A DNA stretch of 63,669 bases, counting the filler, from Reticulomyxa filosa (taxonomy: Eukaryota > Protista > Foraminifera): assembly GCA_000512085.1 (NCBI GenBank). It is 29 parts of 29 records of this genome, joined end to end, with 100 filler letters (N's around TTAATTAATTAA, not from the genome) between each part and the next. Parts side by side here need not be neighbours in the genome. Positions count along the whole stretch, not along the records: positions 1 to 1,000 come from ASPP01043430.1; positions 1,101 to 2,931 come from ASPP01013890.1; positions 3,032 to 4,058 come from ASPP01025025.1; positions 4,159 to 7,414 come from ASPP01012473.1; positions 7,515 to 8,672 come from ASPP01050290.1; positions 8,773 to 10,985 come from ASPP01012451.1; positions 11,086 to 12,224 come from ASPP01050229.1; 22 more parts are not named here. The stretch is one strand, 5' to 3'. The position numbers and the translations under genes were made by a program. Shown here in pieces: positions 1 through 12,324 of this stretch. Within the stretch, counting starts at the first letter, position 1. Each line of letters begins with the position of its first letter. The notes below the pieces were generated by a model. That model was not told the origin of the DNA and made no database searches. It saw only the letters and a program-made list of their open reading frames with translations.

Positions 1-668
1 CTCCTCGTGAGGGAAAATTACCATCAATTGTAAAGAATTGGCCATATCACTCTGTTCAAACTAATTCAAACAATTGTCATAATATTGGATATCAAATCCG
101 TTTGGGTGATGATATTTATCAATGGTTTCGTAATCAAGAATGCAAAAGTTTGGTGTTTAATAAAAATCATCATAACATAGACATAAATGAACAAAAAGAA
201 GATCAACAGAGTTGAGAAAGACCAAATGTTAACATGCTTTCTTACCATTTTTTGTTATTGAATAATTAATTAAACAAAACAATTATGTCTTCTCTTCCAT
301 TTCCAAAAATTCTTTGAAAATTTGTTATTGTGTTCAAGTACTGTTAAAATTGCAAACAAAACAAAGCAATCAAATTCAAAAAGACCTTTAAAATTTACTT
401 TGCTATCATTTATTTTAAATAAAAAATTTCTCTTTTTTTTCTTTATTTCATTGGTAAGTTGCATATAATCTTAAAATTCTTCCAATTAAAATAATATTAT
501 AAAAATCGATTATTAAATAATATCTTCTATGCTCAAATCAAGCACTTGAGCTACACTTTTTATTTAATTTTTAATACAGTTACATAAATGCATAATATAA
601 ATGTATTGAACTTCCAAAAATGATATATCATATTGAGACACTTCTCTCAAGAATATTGTCTGTACTCC

Positions 669-811
669 GTGTAGGGAAGTCCCTATTATAAGTATCTGAA
701 CGTCAAGGGAACGGAGGAGTCCCCAACAAACCTACCTCTTACTTTCTTACTTTTCTTTACTTTCCTTTTGTTATTTTGTTTTATTATTTAAATTAATTTC
801 GTTTTACGAAA
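669..811 (+). repeat. Dispersed repeat family A, copy 1 (second copy at 29578-29732)
   Basis: GTGTAGGG(C)AAGTCCCTATTAT(A/G)AGTATCTGAACGTCAAG...CGTTTTACGAAA is shared by two unlinked contigs. Confidence 0.85.
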
Positions 812-1000
812 ACCATTTTCAGTTAATATTACTCAAGGAGCCAAAAAGAATAATATAATGATCTTGTTTGTTAAAATAAATTTTTATTCATGTGGCTTGC
901 CTCATAAGAATCGTAAAAAAAAATATGCATACATTGTTAATTTTTATTTAAGGGATTTAGTTTGTTTATCTTATTACTCCCAAATTCGAATTTTACCATC

Positions 1001-1100
1001 NNNNNNNNNNNNNNNNNNNNNNNNNNNNNNNNNNNNNNNNNNNNTTAATTAATTAANNNNNNNNNNNNNNNNNNNNNNNNNNNNNNNNNNNNNNNNNNNN
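1001..1100. other. Artificial contig-joining spacer (N-run, TTAATTAATTAA, N-run); first of 28 such spacers
   Basis: The same N-flanked TTAATTAATTAA (stops in all six frames) recurs at ~2976, 4103, 7459, 8717, 11030 ... 62417; composition changes abruptly across spacers. Confidence 0.99.
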
Positions 1101-1111
1101 TTTTTTTTTTT

Positions 1112-1795
1112 TTAGAAAAAAAAGATATATCTTTTTTTATTTGTCTTTCCTTTACACACCGTTGGTGCAGATCTGGGCACTTGCCAGCCAGCCTTTTGAT
1201 CGTAATATCCTTGATCTGAGTGGTCGGCGGTAGTTCTGTTTGCTCTGTTTAGACTCAGCGTTCGGTGGTCAGTGTGCATGGATGGCTGCTTCTTCATTGA
1301 CGCGTGCGAATCCATGTATCCTTCTCTTCTGCTGCCGCTTTGGTCGTGGTTCGCGGTGCCGCTTTCGTACATTGCCAGTGGAGACAACGGTTCCGTGTAC
1401 TTCGTGTGCGCTAGCAATGGCGTGTGGTAGTGGTACGTGTTGTTACGATTCATTGCTATTGCCGGAGGCGAGGGCGATGTTGATAACACGTGCGCGTTGA
1501 ATCCGTCTTGCTCGCTCATTGGGTGGAATTGAGGCGTGTGGAACGTATGCTTACTCGCGTGGTGCGCGTGCGGGTTGTGTCCGTGCTGATGGTAGTGATT
1601 GTTGTGGTGGCTGTTATGATGATGCTGCGGGTGGTCTTGGTAACGGTAATGATATCGGGCCGTTTCATTCGTCTGTTGAGGACGCTGGCCATGGAATATG
1701 TCTCCTGACGAATGCGAATGGGGATACAACTGCGGGGTAAGAAATTGATTTGACGAGTCTGAGCGCTTGTTTAAATGTTTTGCCGGAATATCCAT
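1112..1795 (-). CDS. His-rich low-complexity hypothetical protein, first exon (partial)
   Basis: GC-richer 227-aa ORF from an ATG, with His/Asn-rich tracts; runs into a homopolymer at the contig end. Confidence 0.6.
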   Translation of the reverse strand: MDIPAKHLNKRSDSSNQFLTPQLYPHSHSSGDIFHGQRPQQTNETARYHYRYQDHPQHHHNSHHNNHYHQHGHNPHAHHASKHTFHTPQFHPMSEQDGFNAHVLSTSPSPPAIAMNRNNTYHYHTPLLAHTKYTEPLSPLAMYESGTANHDQSGSRREGYMDSHASMKKQPSMHTDHRTLSLNRANRTTADHSDQGYYDQKAGWQVPRSAPTVCKGKTNKKRYIFFF

Positions 1796-2732
1796 TGCAA
1801 AAAAAATTACAAAACTTTTTTTGCTGTTAGTGTTTCCCCTTCTGGTAACGCGGTTTTTTCTTTTTTTCGTGGCAGTATTTAATATTTATGTTATCCAAAC
1901 TCGACAGAAAATACTTTCACATCTTTAAAAAACAATCACTTTATAGCGTTTCAAAAGTTACCTCAATTTTCGATTGTAAAAATTCAGTTAATTTGTAATC
2001 ATTGTTGTTCATATTTTTTCTAATATTTTATTATCGAAATCGTTATTTTGACTTAGAGTGACTACAGCACTCAACATTAATATAAAGTTTTCCTTCGTTT
2101 TTTGTTTGCTCCTTTTGAAACGTATTTATTTGCATAGTAGTTCATACAAAATCGTCTGCTATGTCAGGCACAATAGATGAAGATAGCTTATTTGGCACAT
2201 TAACCTTTAAGTGATGCAATTGTTGGGATTCTTATTGATAGAAAAACAAAACTGTGGGACGTCAGCTGCACTAAATGTAATACGAAAAGTTTTCTACCCG
2301 AGGAAAACCGTTTTTGATAAAACAATAGTGAATTAACAACTAGAAGATAATAACACAATAAAAGAAAGAAAAAAAGAATTGAAGAAAGTTGGTGAAGAAG
2401 TTTAACCCACTGGGGCTCCTCAAAGTTCAGCCATCTACAGTATGGACTTGCCCTACAAAACTGTCAATCCAAATACGAATGTAAAACAAAAAAAAAGCTT
2501 TTTGCTATTTAGAAACAGTTTCGTTTGTTTTCATTATCAAAAAAAAATTATAAATTTTAAAGCTAAAACAAACTTGCTTTAACTTTTAAAATAATCACCA
2601 AATATTTATTCTACCCATTATTGAGCCATAACACAAATTAACAATATTCAATTTCAATAACATAAATTTCACATTATATCACAAGATCTTATTCAATTCC
2701 TTTAATAATATATATCTCTTTATTATTTGATC

Positions 2733-2910
2733 GAAAAACTGAACGCCTAAAACATATCTTATGATGATAATTGATTTTATCAATGAAAAATCAACATTTA
2801 GACCTAATTTTTTTTTTTAAATATCTACAAATCTTGTAGTTTTTAAATATGATATTGTTTTCAAATTTTTTTGTTTACATTTTAGAAATCTCCAAGTCGC
2901 GTAGATACTT
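2733..2910 (+). repeat. Dispersed repeat family B (MITE-like), copy 1
   Basis: GAAAA(A)CTGAACG(C/A)CTAAAAC(G)ATATC(T/C)TATGATGATAATTGATTTT is shared with 56140-56272 and 63613-63669; partial copies at 58447-58520 and (minus strand) ~48375-48500. Confidence 0.85.
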
Positions 2911-3031
2911 TTTTTTAAAAAAATTATGCTTNNNNNNNNNNNNNNNNNNNNNNNNNNNNNNNNNNNNNNNNNNNNTTAATTAATTAANNNNNNNNNNNNN
3001 NNNNNNNNNNNNNNNNNNNNNNNNNNNNNNN

Positions 3032-3900
3032 TATATCTCAATGCTTCAATTATTTCTTCTTCAGTGATATCCATTGCTTTGTTTGCTGGTTCCACCACGC
3101 AATTGGTCCAAGAATCAACAGCGCAATCCAATAACTGTTTATCATCTTGATTCCACAATTGCAAGTTCTTTTTCCATTCATCCAATTTCGATTCAAGAAT
3201 TTGTCGATACGAATTCCATTTGTCACTTCTTAAATTCCATGTTTCAATTTTCTGGTGATGACCAAGATGCTTTGATATTGAATGTGATTAGCAAATAATC
3301 CGAATGCACATCCAATTCGTCATTATCTGTTCTCCAATTACTGCACCATCTTGAAATTGATTCAGAGCATAATGTTATGTCAATTGATGATTTTTTTCCA
3401 TCTTTTTCATAAGTATGATCAAATGGACTTGAATTCAATATCTGGAGATTGTTGTTAATGATAAAATCTATTAGTGATTCACCAATATCATCAATATCTT
3501 TATCAAACCATGCAGAATGATGCGCATTCCAATCTCCACCAATCACAATAAAATTTGTTATCTTTCTTGCTTCTTTGACTTCATTTCAAATGCTCCCAAA
3601 TTAAAGCATCAATTCCATCTTCTTCTTGATGATATCTTGCAGCGATTTTTTGAATATTTCTATAAAAACTGCAGAACATTATCGACTTTCTTTCACCTTG
3701 AATGTTAATTTCAATCCAACACGATAATAAAAGCCGTTGATGTTATAATCAATTCGTTCATTGATTATCTTCCAAATTTGTGTTATCCTTGATCCATTTG
3801 TTTGTTGAATGAATGCTTGGACTATTAATGATAATTGCTGCACTGTTGCTCGTAATAATGCAATTTGGTCCTTCAATTGTTTGATTTCTTTCTTGTTCTG
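3032..3900 (-). mobile_element. Degenerate non-LTR retrotransposon (LINE) fragment: APE-type endonuclease region
   Basis: Motifs GDWNAHH, TY, SSIDITL and SDY (canonical SDH) at 3244-3546; broken by stops and frameshifts. Confidence 0.85.
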
Positions 3901-4158
3901 GTGTAAGAATATCTGACTCTATTGTTATTCACTTGTTCATTTACTTGATTTTTATCCCTTCATCATCGAGATAAACTTTTGAAAAAAAAAGTTGTATTTT
4001 GAAGGAAGACAAGCACAAAACAACTAGATACTGCAATATTTAGCGAAGTTAATCTTAGNNNNNNNNNNNNNNNNNNNNNNNNNNNNNNNNNNNNNNNNNN
4101 NNTTAATTAATTAANNNNNNNNNNNNNNNNNNNNNNNNNNNNNNNNNNNNNNNNNNNN

Positions 4159-4806
4159 AAAAAAAAAAAAAAAAAACTAAACGAGACATTTCCCAAGCTG
4201 ATTAGGGTGTAATCATTAAAAAAACTTTTGTTGGCAGGGTCCAACTTTTTCTCGACGTTAAATGAGAGCTCGTTAAAGTTGTGGGCTTTTTCGTATAAAT
4301 AGCGTGCATACTCTCGAATGAATCCACTATGTGACAGACCATTGACACTTTCTCTGTCCGCATATTGTCCACATCGTGTTATCAAAATGCTACGGCTTCC
4401 ATATGTGGCAAACTCTTCCACAAATGCAACATCGGCGTCTCGGAACAACATGTGGATCACTGTCAACGTCTTCAACACTACTTTCCATGGATGCCCTTCC
4501 ACGCGTTTTTGAAATAATGATATTATATTCACTTTGTCACGCTGGTACGTATTGCCAGTACCCTTCAAATCTGTGTCCACCCATTCGATTAATGTGTGTA
4601 TATGCTTTTCCTTTGGGTGTTCGTCGTCTTCGTATGTTGCCTGACAGTTCACACACATACACATGCACAAATATATATGATTTACTTAGGCACGTTTTGC
4701 AAGATTTTGAAATCAAAGGGGTAAAAAAAAAAGCCACTGACAAGCTTACCTTCACGAGTGCATTCTCAACAGGGCTCAACCCCGCAGTAGTGAGAACACG
4801 GAGCAT
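4159..4806 (-). CDS. ANTH/AP180-type clathrin assembly protein, N-terminal exons
   Basis: Spliced ALVK|ATYEDDEHPKEKHI, WKVVLKTLTVIHMLFRD, FIREYARYLYEK match the ANTH domain; GT-AG intron at ~4643-4749. Confidence 0.85.
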
Positions 4807-5442
4807 AGAGAGAAATTAAATTAGCTCCCCAAATCCCTTTATTACCGAAAGGTTTCCAACAACAAAAAGCTCTCGCTTTCTCAAAGCGCAAGAACAAAAA
4901 AAGTTAAAGGGTAACTTCATAATCTCTCTGGTGAAATGCGTGCGTGAATTTGCGCTGCAGCAGCTCATGCTGTGCTTTTCTTCTAGTTTATTTTCCAGAA
5001 TAACAACTTCAAGATTTTTATTCAAAACTTATCCGGCTTGCATTTGTAACTATTAGTAGACAAGCGGAATTTCTCCGACATATTTTTGACACTAAATTAT
5101 GTATATCTTTACAAGCTAGAGCCTATCACGTATAACTTTTTTTAAAGCAACATTACTTAATTTAATAAGCTTTTCTGCATATTTTAAGTAAGCACTTGCG
5201 AGAAAAATAAGTTAGTTATAAATATTACATTCGTTTTTTTGGATTGAAAGAACAACAGAGCCAAGGAAATTCACAATTTTTTAGAAAAACTAACTAGGGT
5301 GAAGCCAATAACAAGGCATCTCGTCAAGGAAATTCGTTCACAAGTTGTAAACGTGCAAAACTAAAAAGAGTAGAGTTTGATTTTCTTGCGGTCCCTTGAG
5401 TTCTGGGACGAAGACGAACGAAAACAAGCTCTTCTTTCCAGT

Positions 5443-6103
5443 ATGTCTATCCTGGAGATTTTGAGTATATATTTGATTTTAGTAATAAGTAGAAGAGTCT
5501 CCTCACAGCCAACATGGAGCCCATCAAGTGTTCCGACCCAAATGCCAACCATGATTCCAACGTCAGCCCCAGTCAGAGTCACAACAAGAGCACCAACGAA
5601 GCCTCCAGTTACTGAACCTTCAACCATACAGGGGCCAACCTTTTCTCCAACAATAGAAAAAAAAGGGAACATTACAATGCGAACGAATATGGGTATTATG
5701 AAGAATGGAGCAGTACATATAGACCAATATGACCAATTGAGCATAACAGCCTCATGGTACAGCACGTCCAAATCAGGCGTCACATCAGAAAGCAAGACAA
5801 GTGAGCAATGGGGATCAATAAGTTGGACTTGTTTGGATTGCGCGTCACAATATCAAGACCTGTCCAATGTCAACACTGTTCACATTTACAACGACATGTC
5901 AGCCACGTCACAGCTGCGAGAAAGCAGTCTAATTATAAATCCTTATCCGCTCCAAGACAGCGTATGTGGGACTACTCCCGCCATATCCATATTTCCATGT
6001 ACGTCCAACACTTCGAGTACATCTTATCATCTCGTGTTCAAAGCCACCGCATTCAAGTTAGATATTAGATGTTAGATGTGCATAGTGTTTCATTTCCGCA
6101 ATC

Positions 6104-6135
<32 letters not shown>

Positions 6136-7353
6136 GAGAGATATAAGGTGCATACTCTTTGTCCTTTTTTTTTTTTTAATTGGAAAAAAAAAAAAGTTCC
6201 ACGTCAATTGAAGCGCAAAGCAGTATAAGAATAGAAGTGAGCCCTCCGCCACGAGGCGGACAATGTGTGGTGACCCCATTGCAAGGTATTGCATTGGACA
6301 CGCAGTTTGAACTGAATTGCTCAGGTTTCGAAAGTGTCAACGCTTCATGGAATAGTCGTCTGCAATACAAGTATTACTTGTCTTTGCAACGCATCGATTT
6401 GACAAACTTGTTCGCATCCAACAGTAATAGCAATAATAATAATAATAATAATAATAATGGAATAGTGACACAACTTGGGTCTGGCCGAAATATAACTATC
6501 CAAGCGGTCATTTCCGATCCCTACAATATATTGTGTCATTCCTTGTCGATCGAACATGTGATGTTGAATCAAACTTTTGCCAATAACGCTACCGTGTTTC
6601 TTGCATATGTCGAAATGCAGAGTACATTACCTACAGACCATTCAACTCCTTTTCCAACTATGCGATTGACAAGTCAAGTGTTGCAAGTGTTAGCAGACTC
6701 GGACATGTTAAGTATTCAATTCAACTATTACATATATGTATATATAATACATATATGCATACAATGTGTTCAGAGAGTATGACGGATTGGATCGATTGCG
6801 GATAGTAGAATTTTTAATGTCATTGTTGAAAAACCAAAACTTTACGAATGGGTCTGACGACGCAGACACAGTGCTAACGCAGTTGGCATTGACGGTGCAG
6901 ACGTGGGATATGGCGATGCTGCTGATGGAGGAAATGTCTTGGGATTGGTGCGTGTCTGGCTTTGACACAATGAACCGACTTTTGATGCGATTGTTAGCAT
7001 TGACTAACGTGGAGAGTGTGAACTGCGATTATGTTGCCAACAGGATTTATAGCTTGGCACAACACTGTGCCTTGCTAAGCGCACAATCATTTGAGAACAA
7101 CCATACCAACGCCGATGCAAAAAATGCAATGTATAGCATGCTAATCGCACTAGGGCTGGCCACACTACAAAACCGTCTCACGCACACCACCTGTAATGCC
7201 ACGTGGGATGCCTTCCGCGTGCGCACTGTCCAAATCAATCCGCAACTACAGCAACTTTGCGCAAGTGATAGTAACTATCATGACAATGCATTTTTCAAAT
7301 TAGTTCGTATTTGTTGGATCATTTGTCGTCATCTGTGCTCACATGTGGAATAA
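5443..7353 (+). CDS. Secreted or membrane REJ-domain (PKD1/REJ-like) protein, multi-exon, partial
   Basis: Hydrophobic signal peptide, then a PT-rich stalk, then PPRGGQCVVTPLQGIALDTQFELNCSGF typical of the REJ module; three consecutive ORFs separated by intron-like homopolymer and AT-repeat tracts. Confidence 0.7.
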
Positions 7354-7562
7354 TTAAGTTACATATATGTATATATGTATATATATAAATATATATATAT
7401 GTATACGTATACATNNNNNNNNNNNNNNNNNNNNNNNNNNNNNNNNNNNNNNNNNNNNTTAATTAATTAANNNNNNNNNNNNNNNNNNNNNNNNNNNNNN
7501 NNNNNNNNNNNNNNCGATTATTTATGAAAAGAGAAAACAAAGTGCATAGAAAGCTATTGTTA

Positions 7563-7689
7563 CGCGTTCTCTGTTAGCCAAGTTAAAACATCCTTTGTCT
7601 TGTCGGCATTTTCATTGCATAGCTTCCATGCCTTTAATACAACCTCTTCACCTATCTTGGGAAATGTTTGTTGAAGTTGTGCAAGCATG
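7563..7689 (-). CDS. CUE/UBA-like domain exon (partial or pseudogene)
   Basis: Translates MLAQLQQTFPKIGEEVVLKAWKLCNENADKTKDVLTWL, the CUE pattern L..xFP....V...L....N.D.....L. Confidence 0.4.
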
Positions 7690-8772
7690 ATGATGTAAAC
7701 TTCAAAGCAAAACCCTTTTTTTTATTTTGAGGTTCAAAAACTTGGTTTAGAAACTCACAAATAAAAAAATTTTGATGTTTAAAGAATTAATAAAATTAAA
7801 TTTGATTGAAAATGAGATATTAACTTAAAAACATTGAATACTTCATAAAGACACATTTCCTTTATGAGTAAAATTGTTGAAATAAAAAAGTTTATATATG
7901 TTACAACTTAACAAATTTCATAAAATTTTAAATGTTAAAAAGCCCTATTCAATGCCTTGTTTATCGCAAATATTGAAATTTTTATAGAATACGCAAATAT
8001 TCTAATACATGGAATCGATCCATCAGAAATAATAAAACAGATTGATCAGATTTAAGAGATGGTTTAGCAAACAAGCTTAGAGAAGATACACCATTATCCT
8101 TTAAAATTATTCATTACATTCTCCACTAAATAAATATGTTTTAAATTTTTTGTGTTCATCGCAATGTAATTCTTACTCAACATACTTTTATAGTATGATT
8201 CCAGTGTGAAAAAATATAAAAAGGATAACAACAATTTTTCTTTTTCATTATCGAAACTAATAAGTTTTCATTGTCGTAAGAATTAATTTTGTTTAGAAGC
8301 ATTAATTTTGATTTTTTGAGATTATCAAAATATGGAACACCCAATAACTTTTTTGCTGAATCTCACACAATAGATTTTTTCCTTTCTGAACTTAAGCAAA
8401 ATGATTTTTAAGCTGACTCGCTTTGTTTTTGGAAAAAGAATACAAGATCTCAGGTATATATTACAGATAGTTAAATTTCGTTCCAAAAACTTCTTTATAG
8501 TATCAAAAACATTCTGCACATTTCAAAATATAATCACGTCATTGTGATGTAATCAATATATAATGACTTGTAATTTACATAACACAAAAAATGTCTTATG
8601 AATTGTGGTAAATAATAATTTGATATTTTTAAAGGAGATGAAAAAAACAAAAAGAAAATATTCTCAGTGCAANNNNNNNNNNNNNNNNNNNNNNNNNNNN
8701 NNNNNNNNNNNNNNNNTTAATTAATTAANNNNNNNNNNNNNNNNNNNNNNNNNNNNNNNNNNNNNNNNNNNN

Positions 8773-8812
<40 letters not shown>

Positions 8813-9837
8813 CCCTCCTTTTCCCTCCCTTTATTGAAATGTTCTCTTTTCAAACCTTTGATAGTAGTAATAATTCGAATAGACTCAAGCAATGGATGGG
8901 TCTTCAAAAACAGTAACAGTTTGTAGTATGCCGAGTATTGATAGTTTGCATTCATTTGCAGCAAGGGATGCTTTTGTCGGAGGACAAAGTCAGTTCGCAC
9001 CTGCCCATATTGCGTGGTATTATGACCGTCTGTGCTTGGTTGAAAAAGTGGTCCATTTTTTTTTTCCTCTTCTTGTTCTTGTTCTTGCTCTTGCTCTTGC
9101 TCTTCCTTTTTCTCTTCCTCTTCTTCTTCTTGTTGTTGTTGTTGTGACGTGTCTGTCGACAGTGACTGCGAACGAGTGTTCTGGTCCTCTTCCTCTTCCA
9201 TTTGCAACTGCTTTTCGTCGTCCACCAATTGAAACAGCTCATTTGGTAAAGTGAGTGTTTTTAGCGAGGGAAAAATGATTGTTTTTGTTGACGTTGACGT
9301 TGACGTTGATGTTGATGTTGATGTTGATGTTGATGTTGATGTTGATGTTAATGTCGTGTCAGACTCGGTTTGCAGTGTGTCAAACATATCTATCCATACC
9401 TCATTGTATATCGATGGGAAATTTGTCAACGACAATTGCAGGCTTTCCAAATTTGGCATTCGTCGAATCACGTCCATCAATTGCTTCAATACTGATGCTA
9501 TTTGCGTTGTGCTCTCCACTACCTTCGGGTCTTCTCCCTTCTTTATCGTGCTACTCGCACTGCTCGATAATCCTGTCCCTGATGCGTTACTATTTTCTCC
9601 CCCATTTGTATTGCTATATGTTAGATTCAATACCAGACTTTGACATTTCGCTTTCACGTGCCGCTCTAACACATGGACGAGAATTTGCAGGTTGATTTCA
9701 TCCATATGTCCATTCACCGAAAACTCTTTGTCATTCAGTGGAAACGGCACACGTGACAGAGCTTCAAACAAGCTCAACAACTGCAGCCGAAGCCCCTCTA
9801 CATTTCCAAAAAAATGCATCACCAAAAATATATCCAC
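8773..9837 (-). CDS. Hypothetical protein with LRR-like segments and (ST)n, poly-Q/E tracts, partial
   Basis: 370-aa ORF; MPNLESLQLSL and FPSLKTLTL look like leucine-rich repeat strands. Confidence 0.6.
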
Positions 9838-10344
9838 TAGTTTTTTTTTGCGCTCAGAAAGTAGCCAAGTCTTTTTTTACTACAAAAGTTGTTTTCCTCT
9901 CCTCACTTGACTGTTTTCATAATTTCAGTATACTACTATCTTGCACTTTAAATTTTAAACAAATTACGCAAAAAATGAGGCTACTTTCTTTCTGACAATG
10001 CAACTGGAATAGCTCTTTTAATGTACTAAATGTTATTTTCTTTATGTTAGATTAATGCAGCTTTTGCTCTGTCTTGACAATAATTCAACAAGATCAATTT
10101 CTTTGAACAATGTTTCATTTTAAATTGTGACATGACTTTTTTTTAGAAATTTAAATGTAAAACTTTAAACAAATGTGTCTTTAAGTACCCAAAGTAGCCA
10201 CTAAGTTTAAACAGAGCAAAAAGCGTAAAAATGATCTCTTAAACCTGATTTCTGCGTTACGAAAGTGTACTAATATTATAGAAACAAAATTATGGAAAAT
10301 AGTGTTTTGGCGTAAAAAAAGTTGTGGTCTTTTTTATCGAAACT

Positions 10345-10940
10345 ATGACATCACAATCAATTTTGTCAGTTTCACAGAATCGTTCTGCAGCTGCAGCGAA
10401 TGTTGCAAAGCCGAAGCTTTTGGAATGCTTTGTTGTTCTTGAGTTGAAGCAAACAAATTTCAATTTACCGTCAGCAAGCGACATTGCAATAGATTCGAAA
10501 GGTGATGAAAAGAAAAGAAAAGGTGGGAGGAGGAAGGAAACACTGTTTTGTGAAATATAAGTCTGATGACGACAAAAAAAAAACTAGACCCAGGATTTCG
10601 CGCGGTAGTAAAATATGTGTACAACGCAAACAAACAAAGATCAACGACATCACAAACAGCATCTGCACCCAAATCAACACATGCAAACAAAAATGTGAGT
10701 GAAGGTACACTGAGCCAACAACAAAAGGACGAAGAGGCCGAAATACTAATGCAACTGCGGAAATTTTGTTTCCCGGATCTGTCCGACCTCATTCAAAAGT
10801 ACATTGCACATAAGACAAGTGACAAGTACTATCAGGCATTATTTCAGCACCCGTTGCAATCCGAAAAGTTCGACTTTGTCCTTACCAAAGCGGGAGCACA
10901 AAGATTGTATGGACATTGTCGGCGTATTTATACCATTTCA
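10345..10940 (+). CDS. DENN-domain protein (uDENN region), 5' exons
   Basis: LLECFVVL...KFCFPD...FDFVLTKAGAQRLYGHCRR matches the uDENN consensus (FCFP, FxFVLT...G.R.YG.C). Confidence 0.8.
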
Positions 10941-11085
10941 GGCATTCTTTTTTTTTTTTTTTTTTTGCTTTTAAAAAAAAAAAAANNNNNNNNNNNNNNN
11001 NNNNNNNNNNNNNNNNNNNNNNNNNNNNNTTAATTAATTAANNNNNNNNNNNNNNNNNNNNNNNNNNNNNNNNNNNNNNNNNNNN

Positions 11086-11123
<38 letters not shown>

Positions 11124-11127
11124 AAAT

Positions 11128-11790
11128 TTATAAACTTAATAAAGAAGAAGAAGAAGAAAAAGAAGAAAGGGTTCGACTGATTTGAGATGATTGAGCAGAA
11201 GGGGAAAAAACAGTTGGGTTTTGGTAATTGGGTATGTCCAATTCTGGTTTGTTTTGGAAGTCGACATTGGTGAAAGAAAGTTGCAACTGTGAAACAGCCA
11301 ATCGAGGCGTCTCAATTTTTGTGAGTTCGGTAATGCGACGAGATAAATTTTGTTTTTGCAACGCCAAATGAAAGCGCTCCATTATTGTCTTTCGGTGTTT
11401 TTCTATTGTGCTGATCCATCCTTTCACGTGAATGCGTCGCGTTTGACGTTGTGAACATTCTCTTATGTGCACATCTTTTTTTTCAATCTTTTTATTTAAA
11501 AAAAATTATTATTTTATTTTTATTTTATTTTTAATTTAAATATAATTTAATTGACACAAAACTTGCAACTCAGTTGCAATCGCTTCTTGTATTGCTGTGC
11601 TACTGTCCATTAACGTCGGATGAAAGGGCAAAAAAAAGTTGAAGTCAACGTATGCCGGCTCGTTCACAAATAACGACTTGCTTTCCTCTTTTCCAAGGAC
11701 ATTCGTGAAGGCCAACGTGTCAGAGCTTGAAGAGCGATTTATCTCGGTGCTCTCCAAAGAAAATGTCGTTTGTGTTGTCATATTCTCCAC
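11128..11790 (-). CDS. Hypothetical protein, two exons (partial)
   Basis: Two coding-like ORFs separated by an A/T-rich intron-like gap; no recognised domain. Confidence 0.4.
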
Positions 11791-12324
11791 GGTATAATGT
11801 TTATTTGAACAAAGAATAGATTTTTTTCTTTCTCTATCCGCTTTGCGAAGCCTTGATGTCTTTTAAAAAAATTTCAAAGGGGTGAGGGAAACTGGAGCAA
11901 TGGTATCACTCTCTAACTAGGATGAAGTATATGACATTAGTATTTTCCACTATAGCAAATACGCAATGTCTCAACGACTCTCTTTTGGATGAAAGTTGTT
12001 TTGGTACATAAGTTTACTTTAAACTATAATTAAAACAAAAATAATGTGAATTGCGATTCTGGTAGAGATGAAGTGAATTGTAAATGATAGATGGGATTAA
12101 GTTTCGTTTATTACCAATATGAAAAACGAAAAAAAACAAAATAGCCCAACCAAGTGAAGCTGTGAGTAACACTGGCATCAAAAGAAAAAAATTATGTTTT
12201 GGAGCGCAAAGAAAAGATAAACCANNNNNNNNNNNNNNNNNNNNNNNNNNNNNNNNNNNNNNNNNNNNTTAATTAATTAANNNNNNNNNNNNNNNNNNNN
12301 NNNNNNNNNNNNNNNNNNNNNNNN

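Noticed and set aside
9285-9350. (GTTGAT/GTTGAC)n and similar hexamer runs as telomeric or functional arrays
   Set aside because: They are coding microsatellites (ST, QE and QP repeats) inside ORFs.
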